Origin: a virus
Taxonomy: Duplodnaviria > Caudoviricetes
IMG/VR virus record: IMGVR_UViG_3300011441_000035
Coordinates: 1 to 25,485 of that record
Direction: 5' to 3' (one strand)
DNA: 25,485 nt
The notes beneath the pieces were generated by a model. That model saw only the letters and a program-made list of their open reading frames with translations, made no database searches and was not told the DNA's origin. Position 1 is the first letter of the stretch. The number at the start of each line of letters is the position of its first letter. The position numbers and the translations under genes are program-made. This document shows positions 8,601 through 17,292 of this stretch, piece after piece.

Positions 8601-9227
8601 TCACCCCGCCGGCTTCAGTTCATATCCCGGAACCTTCAGCCCCGGAATCAGCGTATAGAAGATTTTGCGCTCGCTCGTCCCCCCGTTCTTCGGACTCGAC
8701 GCGATCCCCAGCGCCTCCGCCGCAGCGATCGACGCCTCCCCCAGCTTGTCCTTTGGCCCCACATCTCCCACCAGCCCCCAGGCCACCAGGCCATTCTCGA
8801 GGTTCTCCATCCGCACCCGGCACCCCAGCACCACCGGCCCCACCAGCTGCCGCAGCTGCGGCGGCGTCACCGAGAAAATCACCGACTCACTATCCAGGTA
8901 CCGCCGCGGATCCGAGTGCGCGTAGTCCACATGCTCATAAGCCGTCGGCGAGACGTAGTAACCGGGGCACGGATCCGCACCATGCTGTTTCACCGGATCC
9001 CCATCCGCCTCCCCCGTATCCGTCGCCACACCCCACCAGTTCCCCGGATAGCCGGCATTCGCCAGGTAATCCAGCGCCACACTATCATCCTCATGGTACG
9101 TCCGGTATCCCCCATCCCCGTCGATGCTCATCTTCGCGGTGTACGTCATAAAGATGCCGTTCCAGTAGACATCCACGCCCTCGATCTCCGTGAGGACATC
9201 ACCCTGCGGGATAGAGATATTGATCAT
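8601..9227 (-). CDS. Glycoside hydrolase family 75 (chitosanase-like) protein; putative endolysin
   Basis: GH75 motifs MSIDGDG, YLDSESVIFSVTP, WGLVGDVGP and LGEASIAAAEALG, carrying the candidate catalytic Asp and Glu. Follows four membrane/lipoprotein genes. Confidence 0.8.
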   Translation of the reverse strand: MINISIPQGDVLTEIEGVDVYWNGIFMTYTAKMSIDGDGGYRTYHEDDSVALDYLANAGYPGNWWGVATDTGEADGDPVKQHGADPCPGYYVSPTAYEHVDYAHSDPRRYLDSESVIFSVTPPQLRQLVGPVVLGCRVRMENLENGLVAWGLVGDVGPKDKLGEASIAAAEALGIASSPKNGGTSERKIFYTLIPGLKVPGYELKPAG

Positions 9228-9400
9228 GGCTTAATAACTAGAGTTTCGATCATTTTTCGCATCTCGCGCTGCTCTGCCTGCACCTCCTCAAGCGTAACCC
9301 GCATCTGTGCTGCGTTGGTCGATACGCGATTCCAGATCATGCCAACGGTAAAAATGGCAGCAGCCACGGTCACGAAATTTTGAAGGGCCCCGTTCTTCAT
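9224..9400 (-). CDS. Small single-TM + coiled-coil protein (holin/XhlA-like or spanin candidate); not in ORF track
   Basis: Manual translation, 58 aa: MKNGALQNFVTVAAAIFTVGMIWNRVSTNAAQMRVTLEEVQAEQREMRKMIETLVIKP. ATGA overlaps at both ends. Confidence 0.7.
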   Translation of the reverse strand: MKNGALQNFVTVAAAIFTVGMIWNRVSTNAAQMRVTLEEVQAEQREMRKMIETLVIKP

Positions 9401-9807
9401 GGGAGAACCGGTAGTTGGGCCGGGACTGGATTCAAAAGCCGAAATTTCTCCAAGTCCGTCGCTATCCTCAGGCTCTCCAGCTCCGCCGCGCTCCTTGCCT
9501 CCACCGTCGCCGCCCGCTGCGCCGCCAGACTCGTCGCCTGCTTCCGTGCTATGTTCGCCACCGCCACCTCAGCCGCCTTGTCCGCCCCGAACATAAATGC
9601 CGCCGCCTGCAAGAAATCCGCCCACGGCTTGTTCATTTTGTTCCGCAAGATCACGCTCCCGTCCGGCTCCATCATCACCAGCGTATCCCCGGCAAAGTGC
9701 CCGCCATCCGCATAGCGCGCCCCATTTGGCAGCGTCACCTCCCGCGCCGTCTGGCACGCCGGCCCTGCCAGCATCATCATCGGGAGCATCATCATCATCA
9801 TTTTCAT
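9397..9807 (-). CDS. Putative lipoprotein (spanin-like candidate)
   Basis: MKMMMMMLPMMMLAGPA-C lipobox-like N-terminus, with an Ala-rich helical C-half. ATGA-coupled to neighbours. Confidence 0.65.
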   Translation of the reverse strand: MKMMMMMLPMMMLAGPACQTAREVTLPNGARYADGGHFAGDTLVMMEPDGSVILRNKMNKPWADFLQAAAFMFGADKAAEVAVANIARKQATSLAAQRAATVEARSAAELESLRIATDLEKFRLLNPVPAQLPVLP

Positions 9808-9911
9808 CTCCGGTTGTAGATCCGCTCCGCTATCGCCTGGTCGATCACATCATTGTCCGCCGTGGTGCAGCCCACCATCCCAAGCACCAGAATAAGCAGC
9901 ACCAGTTTCAT
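9804..9911 (-). CDS. Tiny lipoprotein; not in ORF track
   Basis: Manual translation, 35 aa: MKLVLLILVLGMVG-CTTADNDVIDQAIAERIYNRR. Clear lipobox. TGATG and ATGA overlaps. Confidence 0.7.
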   Translation of the reverse strand: MKLVLLILVLGMVGCTTADNDVIDQAIAERIYNRR

Positions 9912-10102
9912 CAGCCCCTGAAGTTAATTTTTGGCCCAGCACCCAGCAGCCCGAATCCGTAAAGCAGCCAGAGGACCACAGCGAAAATCACGATGATCAG
10001 GATGATCTTCTTGAACGGCTCCGGCATCGGAATGTATGTCAACACCAACCACATCAGAAAGCCGACAATCGCCAGAGTAAGGATGAGTGTGATCAGGGAC
10101 AT
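9911..10102 (-). CDS. Two-TM membrane protein, Thivi_2564-like; holin candidate
   Basis: 63 aa. Two hydrophobic helices joined by YIPMPEPFKKI, the pattern I recall for that family. Confidence 0.7.
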   Translation of the reverse strand: MSLITLILTLAIVGFLMWLVLTYIPMPEPFKKIILIIVIFAVVLWLLYGFGLLGAGPKINFRG

Positions 10103-10147
10103 AGAGTTAAATGATTACTGATTACTTTGATTACTTTGCTTACTTCC

Positions 10148-10912
10148 TCACGCCACTCTCAAAAACTTCGCCTGCCCCTCTTGCAGGGTCATTTGCATCA
10201 GCTCCTGCTCCAGGTGTTCTATCATCATCCGCTCCACCGCCGTCGCCGTCCCCGCCTGTCCCTCCGTCGCCTTCGTCATCGCGTGGGCCCCCGCCACCAC
10301 CGCCTCGAAGAGGATTGTCAGAAACGGGATCACCTCCCAGTAGAACCCATCTGGCGCCTGCCCTGGCGTCGTCGCCGTGTTGTATTTCCACCGGTAGCAG
10401 TTCCCATCCACCGGGTAGTACACCCTTGAATCCTCCGGGTATGCCGGGTATGCCCTCGTCTCATCCCACTCCTCCGCCGTGAATTTGATCACATCCGGCC
10501 GGAAGTGCACCCACACCGGCTCCTCCGTGTCGAAGTACACCCCATCCGGCCCATGCCGGTAGTTCACCAGCTTCGCCCCCTCATCCGCCAGCGGATGCCG
10601 ATCATACACCCCGAAGATCCGCCCGTAGTTCAGATAATTCAGCAGAAACGTCCGTGGCATCCACGGCGTCCCCGTCACCGGATGCGCATTTAGCACCACC
10701 CGGTCTATCCGCACACTCTCCGGCCAGTCGTAGAATTGATAGCAGTAGCGGTAACAGGAATTGATCGCCCCCGCCATCTGCGCCGCCATCCCCCTGCCCA
10801 GCCCATCCTCCTCCGGAAACGCATTGTTCCTCCGCGCCACCTCCCACAGCACATCACGGAACAGCGTCACCCGCGGCACCGTCGCCGTTAGCGGCAGCAC
10901 ATTCAGAGGCAT
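10148..10912 (-). CDS. Putative head-tail adaptor (tail tubular A-like)
   Basis: Start reassigned to ATG 10912 (TAATG overlap), giving MPLNVLPL. Helical N-terminus ending AINSCYRYCYQFYDWPE. Located shortly after the capsid gene. Confidence 0.55.
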   Translation of the reverse strand: MPLNVLPLTATVPRVTLFRDVLWEVARRNNAFPEEDGLGRGMAAQMAGAINSCYRYCYQFYDWPESVRIDRVVLNAHPVTGTPWMPRTFLLNYLNYGRIFGVYDRHPLADEGAKLVNYRHGPDGVYFDTEEPVWVHFRPDVIKFTAEEWDETRAYPAYPEDSRVYYPVDGNCYRWKYNTATTPGQAPDGFYWEVIPFLTILFEAVVAGAHAMTKATEGQAGTATAVERMMIEHLEQELMQMTLQEGQAKFLRVA

Positions 10913-11340
10913 TATGCAGCCCTCCTCGTTCCCGTTTCCTCCGTAGGGTCGCCATCCTGGCGACCAGTCGAAGACTTCCACCTCTCCGGAACCACGATCG
11001 TCGCATTTGCCATCTTCTGCCGCACGCGACACCACGGATTGTCCCGCTCGTATTCCCGGATGAAGTCATTTTGATCCCACAGCCCAAGCCCCTTTTGCTG
11101 GACCCATTCGTGGAAACTCTGCCCAGGGATTACCGACCGCAGCCGAAAGTTTCCCTCGTTTGTTATCAGCGGCACTTTCTCCAGTGCCGCGATCTCCTGC
11201 CGCGCCTCCGCCTCCATCACCCGCTTCTTCATGTAGGTCCCCCAGTTCAGATCATCCAGCAGACGCTGATACGCTGCCTCGCCTTCACGGCGCCGCAGAC
11301 TCTCCTCGTCCACCTCGATGATGTGCCCCGTCCAGTCCAT
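10912..11340 (-). CDS. Hypothetical phage protein (head-completion region)
   Basis: 142 aa, protein-like (FHEWVQQKGLGLWDQNDFIREYERDNP). Coupled to the next gene. Confidence 0.65.
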   Translation of the reverse strand: MDWTGHIIEVDEESLRRREGEAAYQRLLDDLNWGTYMKKRVMEAEARQEIAALEKVPLITNEGNFRLRSVIPGQSFHEWVQQKGLGLWDQNDFIREYERDNPWCRVRQKMANATIVVPERWKSSTGRQDGDPTEETGTRRAA

Positions 11341-11366
11341 CCCGCGTCGAGTTACTGATTACTGGA

Positions 11367-11681
11367 TTACTGATTACTGATTACTACCGGCTCCCCGTCT
11401 CCCACCGGCGCCACCTCTTCCGCCGGCTCCTCCTTCGCCTTCGTCGGCGCCGGCGCCGCCTCCGGATTTATCCCCATTGCCGTCAGCATCGTGTCGATCG
11501 CCTCTGTATCATGCGCTGACAGGAATCCGCCGCGCGTCAGGATGAACCCCTGCACCGCCTCCCTGTTCGAGTCTGGCGCCTTCGGCTCACCGTTTTCCAG
11601 CACCTCCCCCTCCGGCTTCGGCAGTTGACCGTCCTCCGCCCGCTCCCGCTCCTCATCAGTCGTTTTGTGTTTCTTGCTCAT
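11367..11681 (-). CDS. Hypothetical acidic/Pro-rich protein downstream of capsid
   Basis: Start reassigned to ATG 11681 (MSKKHKTTDEE). The upstream extension overlaps the capsid gene and a repeat spacer. Confidence 0.6.
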   Translation of the reverse strand: MSKKHKTTDEERERAEDGQLPKPEGEVLENGEPKAPDSNREAVQGFILTRGGFLSAHDTEAIDTMLTAMGINPEAAPAPTKAKEEPAEEVAPVGDGEPVVISNQ

Positions 11682-11736
11682 AATCCAGTTTAGGTTTCCG
11701 TCTTTGTGGTCCGTGGTCCCGTGGTCCGTGGTCCCA

Positions 11737-12750
11737 TCACGTAGTGATCTTCCCGTGCGCCTGCGGGTTATCCACTTGCAGCCCATACACGTAGTCGATC
11801 ACGCTCACGTAACTCCCGCCGTTGTACGGCAGGTCCGTGCTCCGCGGCGTCCGCCCAGGCCGCAGCGTCACATTGTCCATGTCACAGATCAGCGCATGCA
11901 CCCCCGTCGGCAGGGAGAAGTGCGTATGCAGCCGCAGCCGGCCGAAATCGCTTTCGTAGATCAGCACATTCAGCACCATCTTGCTGTCCGCCTGGTTCGC
12001 TTGGAAGCTGCGCACCGGCACCTGGTGATCCGCGCTGATCGGCCCCACCGTCGCCACCCGCGTGAAGTTACTGAACACAGTTTTCGCCCCCGGACTCAGG
12101 AAGGCATCCCACGCCCGCCCGCTCCGCCGGCTTGTCGCTGCGATGCTTTGCATGATCCCCCGGAAGTCATCTTCCGTGATCGCGCTCGCCGTCGCCTTCC
12201 CGCTCACGATGTTTGCCGCCGGCGTCAGCGCCAGCGCCGGCACTGGTAGGTCCGACTGCGCGACCGATGCTATCCACGCCGCCATCCCGCGCATCTTCAG
12301 CGCCGTCGCCGTGGTCGATCCCGTGCCCGCTCGGCTATCGCTATTCTTCAGGCAGCTCACCTCCAGGTTTTCCTTCGCCTGCACCATCGCGTCCGCCGCA
12401 TTGTCCGCCCGCAGGTCATCGATTCCCCCGAATTCGTGCACAAACTCCTGCGCGATGTCACCCACCCCGTACACCACCCAGCCCTTTTGCACCCGGCCCT
12501 GAAGCATCACCTTGTTCGCCTCGTTGTTCGTGATGTCCCCCGCTGCCACGTCCTGACCGTCTCCGATAAAGACGTCCGCCGGCGTCAGCCGCTGCCGGAA
12601 TGGCCACTCATAGAGAGTACTCTTCGGCTTCGGCCCCTTCTTCGCCATCGTGCTGAACGGCGTCTCCGCCGCCCGTGCCACCGTAAAGCTCCGCGCCACA
12701 TCGCGGATCCTCAGAGTAGCTGAAATGTCATGATCTAATACACTAGCCAT
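11737..12750 (-). CDS. Major capsid protein, SU10/DUF5309-like (HK97 fold)
   Basis: 337 aa from ATG 12750. Motifs ETPFSTMAKKGPKPKSTLYEW, KMRGMAAWI, YESDFGRL and YGLQVDNPQAHGKI match this MCP family. Follows the scaffold gene. Confidence 0.85.
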   Translation of the reverse strand: MASVLDHDISATLRIRDVARSFTVARAAETPFSTMAKKGPKPKSTLYEWPFRQRLTPADVFIGDGQDVAAGDITNNEANKVMLQGRVQKGWVVYGVGDIAQEFVHEFGGIDDLRADNAADAMVQAKENLEVSCLKNSDSRAGTGSTTATALKMRGMAAWIASVAQSDLPVPALALTPAANIVSGKATASAITEDDFRGIMQSIAATSRRSGRAWDAFLSPGAKTVFSNFTRVATVGPISADHQVPVRSFQANQADSKMVLNVLIYESDFGRLRLHTHFSLPTGVHALICDMDNVTLRPGRTPRSTDLPYNGGSYVSVIDYVYGLQVDNPQAHGKITT

Positions 12751-12860
12751 ATTGAAATGAAGTTTAGTTGTTGAGTTGTTCTGACCACTTGCCTCCGGCC
12801 TCCGACTTCCGTCTTCCGCCTTCCGCCTTTCCCCGTCCTCCGTCCTCCGTCCTCCGCCCC

Positions 12861-14129
12861 TCAGGCCGCCTCCAGCTCCGCACGCAGCAGCGCCTTCGCC
12901 GCCGCATCGTCCCCTGCCATCGCCTTCGCTTCCAGATCCTGCATGTTCACGGCCGCCTTTGCGCCCGCTACCTGCAGCCCTGGCTTCGTCGCGCCTGGCC
13001 GGTGTGGAGTTGCCTGTGGTTTTCCAGCGGTCGCCGGCTTCGCTCCACCCAGAGCGGATCCTGCACCCGCCGGCTGTCCGGCTTTCCCGGGAACCACCTT
13101 CCCGTCCTTGCCCAGAGCCATCCTGACGTAACGCGCCCTCCCAGCCTGCTCCTCCGTTATCATCCTCATGCCTCGCGTCGCCGCGGCCATGAAGACCTCC
13201 CAATCTGGCAGCTTTGCCTTTATTTCCGGCACCGCCTTCAGCACATGTAGCAGGAACCCATTTTCCGGCGTTCCCTTTTGCAGCAGACCAGGCTCCAGCG
13301 TCGTCGCCGTCACCCACGGTTTCTCATTCGCCCGCTGCGCCACTCGCATCTTTGCATCCGGGTAGGCGTCTATCTCTGCCTCGGCTTCCGCTAGCGTTTG
13401 CTGAGCCTTCTCCGCGCTCACCTCTATCTCACGGCCACCCCGCAGCTGCACCGTCCCGCCGTCGGGATTGGCCAGGCACCACGTCCGCCGCGCCTTCGCC
13501 GCAGCGTATCGCCTGTCCAGCACCTCGGCGGGAGTCACCTTCTCCTCCTGCGCCACCGCCTCCACATCACTGTAGGGGTTCGCCGGCGTCGGAGTTATCG
13601 TCACCCCGCCCTCTGCTATCTGTGCTTCCAGCGCCGTGATCTTTGCGCTTTGATTTTGGATCCGCTTTACCGCTTGCTTCGGCCAGTCCTCCATCCCTTT
13701 CGGGACTCGCGTTCCATCCTCGTTACCGTCAGGATCCGCAGCCTCAGGCTCCCCCTCCGCGGCCTCGTCCGGGGTTTCCCCCACCGTTTCCGCTTCAGCT
13801 CCCTCGTCTGCGTTGCCGTCCGCTCCCTCGCCCGCGATAGCCTCGTCATCCTCCGAGACCTCCGAACTGGTGGCAGACTTTTTGGCTTTTGTTCCGACTT
13901 CCGTCTTCCGACTTCCGTCTTCCGTCCCCTTGCCGGGTTTCCGGTCCTTTTGGTCAGTCGTCGTTTCCGGTGCTGCCAGCTCCTCCGCGAGCAAATCCCG
14001 CATCGAAGGCATTTCTTCCAGGCTCACCGGTGCCGCCGCCGTGACCGCGGTCGACCGCCCCTCGCCGGCTCCTCCGCCGGCTCCAGGGTCTACCGCTGCA
14101 GTGGTCTGATTCTGCGTCTCAACAGCCAT
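12861..14129 (-). CDS. Putative capsid scaffolding protein
   Basis: Acidic disordered N-half, coiled coil AVKRIQNQSAKITALEAQI, Pro/Ala linker and C-terminal helix. Lies between portal and MCP. Likely start MAVETQNQ. Confidence 0.7.
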   Translation of the reverse strand: MAVETQNQTTAAVDPGAGGGAGEGRSTAVTAAAPVSLEEMPSMRDLLAEELAAPETTTDQKDRKPGKGTEDGSRKTEVGTKAKKSATSSEVSEDDEAIAGEGADGNADEGAEAETVGETPDEAAEGEPEAADPDGNEDGTRVPKGMEDWPKQAVKRIQNQSAKITALEAQIAEGGVTITPTPANPYSDVEAVAQEEKVTPAEVLDRRYAAAKARRTWCLANPDGGTVQLRGGREIEVSAEKAQQTLAEAEAEIDAYPDAKMRVAQRANEKPWVTATTLEPGLLQKGTPENGFLLHVLKAVPEIKAKLPDWEVFMAAATRGMRMITEEQAGRARYVRMALGKDGKVVPGKAGQPAGAGSALGGAKPATAGKPQATPHRPGATKPGLQVAGAKAAVNMQDLEAKAMAGDDAAAKALLRAELEAA

Positions 14130-14220
14130 CTCAACGTCAGCGCCGCGGTGGATTTTCCGCAGCCCAGGCCGCATTGAGAACACTTCCCTAACCCTCTGTC
14201 AGCCCAATTTTCGCCCCCTT

Positions 14221-14270
14221 GATCGCGTCCGGTCGCGTCCGCTCGCGAACGATCGCCAACGATCGCAACT
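14221..14270. promoter_or_regulatory. Five tandem degenerate 10-bp repeats (gNTCGCNNNc) upstream of the scaffold/capsid genes
   Basis: gatcgcgtcc ggtcgcgtcc gctcgcgaac gatcgccaac gatcgcaact. The regulatory role is inference. Confidence 0.55.
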
Positions 14271-14520
14271 AATTCGGCACTCTGCCTGAAGTCTTCGATC
14301 TTCGGATGTAGGTCGCGCCTCCAATGGAGATTTGCTTTCTTTCCAGCCATACGTCGCGCCACGCTCCCTGTATCTGGTCAATGCGGGCGTTGGCGGCGGC
14401 GAGTTCGCGCTCAAGCTCGCGGGCAGTTGTGGACGAGCACGCCCCTTTGACCGCCCACTTTGTGAAGAACTCCTTCTCAGCGGCATCGGCCCGTGGCGTT
14501 GGTTGATCCTGCGGGCTCAT
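14269..14520 (-). CDS. Hypothetical protein (TPRxDA...ARELERELAAA type)
   Basis: 83 aa, ATGA overlap with the upstream gene, short coiled coil. Confidence 0.55.
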   Translation of the reverse strand: MSPQDQPTPRADAAEKEFFTKWAVKGACSSTTARELERELAAANARIDQIQGAWRDVWLERKQISIGGATYIRRSKTSGRVPN

Positions 14521-14816
14521 GGATTCGTGTCCTCCGCCTCCTCCCCACCCTGCATATCCCGCCAGATCCCCCAGAATATCTCCTCCAGCGCATCCGCCGC
14601 CCCCGCGTGATACGCCCGGTATTCCAGCGGATCCACATCCGCCACCACCGGCGTCTGCCGCCCCATCCGGTCCATCGTCGCCGCCTGGTCCCGCAGCCGA
14701 TGCAGCACCACATGCAGGCCCGGATCCTCCGCCCTCGCATGCAGCGCCACCTTCTCCGCGCCAGGCTCCAGACGCACGAACAGATTCACGTCATGCAAAT
14801 GCGCTTCCTGTTTCAT
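14517..14816 (-). CDS. Small hypothetical protein following portal
   Basis: 99 aa helical protein (RAYHAGAADALEEIF). Position typical of Bbp19-like post-portal genes. Confidence 0.65.
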   Translation of the reverse strand: MKQEAHLHDVNLFVRLEPGAEKVALHARAEDPGLHVVLHRLRDQAATMDRMGRQTPVVADVDPLEYRAYHAGAADALEEIFWGIWRDMQGGEEAEDTNP

Positions 14817-14856
14817 AACTGATTACTGATTACTGATTACTGATTACTGATTACTT
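14816..14856. repeat. Tandem heptamer ttactga
   Basis: taactga (ttactga)x4 ttactt fills the spacer after portal. The same unit occurs at 11352-11385. Confidence 0.9.
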
Positions 14857-14859
14857 CAC

Positions 14860-17274
14860 TCAATACCCGCCCCCGTTCCCCCCTCCCAGCGCCCCCATCC
14901 CTGCCGGCTCCCGCACCGGCTCCACCCCCGTCCGCCCCGTCTGCGCATTCTCCTGGTATTGCTGCACCTGGAACGAATGGAATTTCACCCGGTTCTTCAG
15001 CAGCGCCGCCACGTCCTCATCCGCCTGCGCCACCTTCTGCGCTCGAGTGAATTTCCCCTCCTGCCCCTTCGGCTGCATTATTGCTATCTCCCCGTCCCGC
15101 CCCACCTGGATCCCGAATATATCTTGCAGCACTTGCAGCCTCAGCTGGTGATTCTGCCCCTCCGTGTACGGCTCCTCCATCCCGTTCAGCAGACTCCCGA
15201 TGATACGCCGCTCATCCTCCGCCTCCTCCATCGCTTGCTTCTGCGGTTGCGCCACCAGCAGCCGGTAATGGCTTGGCAGCAGCCAGGCCGTCATCGCCTT
15301 CATCAGCGGCCCGTTTTGCATCAGCCCCTCGCGATCCATCCCTTGCAGCGCGGCTATCGCCTTCATCCGCTTCTCCACCATGCTCGGGTCCAGGTCCGCC
15401 ACGTCAAAGTCCAGCTCAAACGCCACCTGCCCCTGGATCTCCTCCCTCGAGACATGCATGTCGACCGCCATTCCCCCCAGGAAACTCGCGCGAATCACCT
15501 CCGGCGCGAATTCCTGCACCAGTTGAAACGTCATCAGCCGCGCCACCCGGATGTCCGCCAGAAAGTCACTCACCAGCATCTGCCGGTGCGATAGCTTTAT
15601 CTCCGGATCCACCAGCGGGCCCCTCGCCCAGTACGCGTTCAGACTCTCGATCGTCACCTTGTCCACCTCCATGCTCCCCGTCCCGTCCGCGCCCACCTTC
15701 AGCGGCTCCAGCTTCCCCATGCCGGCCGTCGTCCGCATCGGGATCTGGACGCCTGGCCGCACGTCTATCTGACCGCCCGCCATCGTCAGCGGCACCTGCA
15801 TCGGCGGCTTTATCACCAGGCTCGCGTTGTCCGCGCGCATATCGCGTTGGATCTTCACCTCATTCTGTTGAGTAAAGGAAATCTCCCCCACCCCGCGGCT
15901 CGCCAGCAAGTACGTCGCCGTGTGTTCCCGCATCACATCGGCGAATGGATACCGCCCATGCGCGTACTCGCAGCATTCATGCAGCCCCGCTTTGTCCTTC
16001 ACCTCCCCATGCAGCACCGTGTGGTACAGCGCCGGCGCCCCGCCCAGTGCCGTCGCCCGGTAGTAGACGTGCAGCACCTGGAATAACCGCTCCTCCTCGT
16101 TCAGCTGCTGCGTCGTCGTCCGCACACTGCTCCGCACGCTCCCACAGCTCAGCAGCCACGGGTATCGGCCGAATTCCGTCGCCGCCGCCAGCTCCAGCGC
16201 CTTCCCCGGATGTTCCAGCACCTCATTCACCCACGCCTGACTCCATCCCTTTGTGTCCACCCGCTCCTCCAGCTCCGGCTTCGTCAGCCATTCCGGCATC
16301 GTCACCCAGGCCGCCTCCTGCACCCGCGTCGTCGTCGCCGGGTAGAATACATCCACGAACGGCGTCAGCGCGCACCACTCCGGCCGCTCATATTTCGCCT
16401 CCGCCACATAATACGTCACCGGCCCCGGCTCCTTCAAGCCCGTCGCCACCCGCCGCGCCTCGCTTTTCGTCATCTGCGGGTCCAGCGCCATCAGCCCTTC
16501 TATCAGCTGATCCTTCATTTCCGGATCCAGGATCAGCTCCCCCAGCTGCTCCGCCACCGCCTGCATTATCTCCTGCTGTTGTTGCGGCGTTAGGAAACTC
16601 CCGTTCTCCGCCGGCTGCGCCCCCGTCTGCTCCGCCGCCGCGGCCGCCGCCTGCTCCGCCTGTTGTATCGCGCCCGCCGCCACCACTTGCAGCAGTTGGT
16701 CCGCGCCCATCTCACGCTTCCCCACCTGGATGTCCTTGCACCAGCCCACGTACAGCATCGCGTGCCCGTATTCCTCGGATATGTCCGCACACTGCGCCAC
16801 CGCCTTATGCAGACTCTCCCGCGCCACATCCTCGTAATACTCCGCCGCCTGCGCCCACAGCGCCGCCTTCTCCTGCGGCTTCTGTTCCGGATCCATGTTC
16901 CGCGGCCCGATCCGCTGCTGACTCCGCGCCAGCGCCAGCCGCTTCATCATCACGTGTTCGTTTATTATCTCCTCCACCAGCGGCACCCGCGAGTCCGCCG
17001 CGCCTGGCCACGGGAAAACCTCATAACTCTTCTGCCCCGGCAGCAGCCGGCCCGTCGGCTGCCGGTCCCGGTTCGGCCACTTCCTCCCGTCCCCCGTTTG
17101 CCCAGGCCACCAGCACGTGCGCGTGTCGTGGTTCAGCTCCATCCGCGTGAAGAAGTCCAGCGCCTGCGCCCCGTCGAACGCCTCCTTCATGTCCTTGATC
17201 ATCCGCGAAATCTCCTCCTCCCCCACCCCCTTCCTCGGCTTCAGCTCCTCCAATGGCGATACTTCCATGTTCAT
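14860..17274 (-). CDS. Portal protein (large, P22-like)
   Basis: 804 aa, largely helical, between terminase and scaffold. Portal-like segments (YPFADVMRE...SRGVGEI...QNEVKIQRDMRADN...PP) and a helical Gln-rich C-terminus. Confidence 0.75.
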   Translation of the reverse strand: MNMEVSPLEELKPRKGVGEEEISRMIKDMKEAFDGAQALDFFTRMELNHDTRTCWWPGQTGDGRKWPNRDRQPTGRLLPGQKSYEVFPWPGAADSRVPLVEEIINEHVMMKRLALARSQQRIGPRNMDPEQKPQEKAALWAQAAEYYEDVARESLHKAVAQCADISEEYGHAMLYVGWCKDIQVGKREMGADQLLQVVAAGAIQQAEQAAAAAAEQTGAQPAENGSFLTPQQQQEIMQAVAEQLGELILDPEMKDQLIEGLMALDPQMTKSEARRVATGLKEPGPVTYYVAEAKYERPEWCALTPFVDVFYPATTTRVQEAAWVTMPEWLTKPELEERVDTKGWSQAWVNEVLEHPGKALELAAATEFGRYPWLLSCGSVRSSVRTTTQQLNEEERLFQVLHVYYRATALGGAPALYHTVLHGEVKDKAGLHECCEYAHGRYPFADVMREHTATYLLASRGVGEISFTQQNEVKIQRDMRADNASLVIKPPMQVPLTMAGGQIDVRPGVQIPMRTTAGMGKLEPLKVGADGTGSMEVDKVTIESLNAYWARGPLVDPEIKLSHRQMLVSDFLADIRVARLMTFQLVQEFAPEVIRASFLGGMAVDMHVSREEIQGQVAFELDFDVADLDPSMVEKRMKAIAALQGMDREGLMQNGPLMKAMTAWLLPSHYRLLVAQPQKQAMEEAEDERRIIGSLLNGMEEPYTEGQNHQLRLQVLQDIFGIQVGRDGEIAIMQPKGQEGKFTRAQKVAQADEDVAALLKNRVKFHSFQVQQYQENAQTGRTGVEPVREPAGMGALGGGNGGGY

Positions 17275-17292
17275 ACTTTTGTTGTGTTGTTG

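Noticed and set aside
12751-13317. N-terminal extensions given by the ORF track for capsid (also terL, exonuclease, adaptor, initiator)
   Set aside because: They overlap upstream genes or repeat spacers. Internal ATGs at stop/start overlaps or family N-termini fit better.
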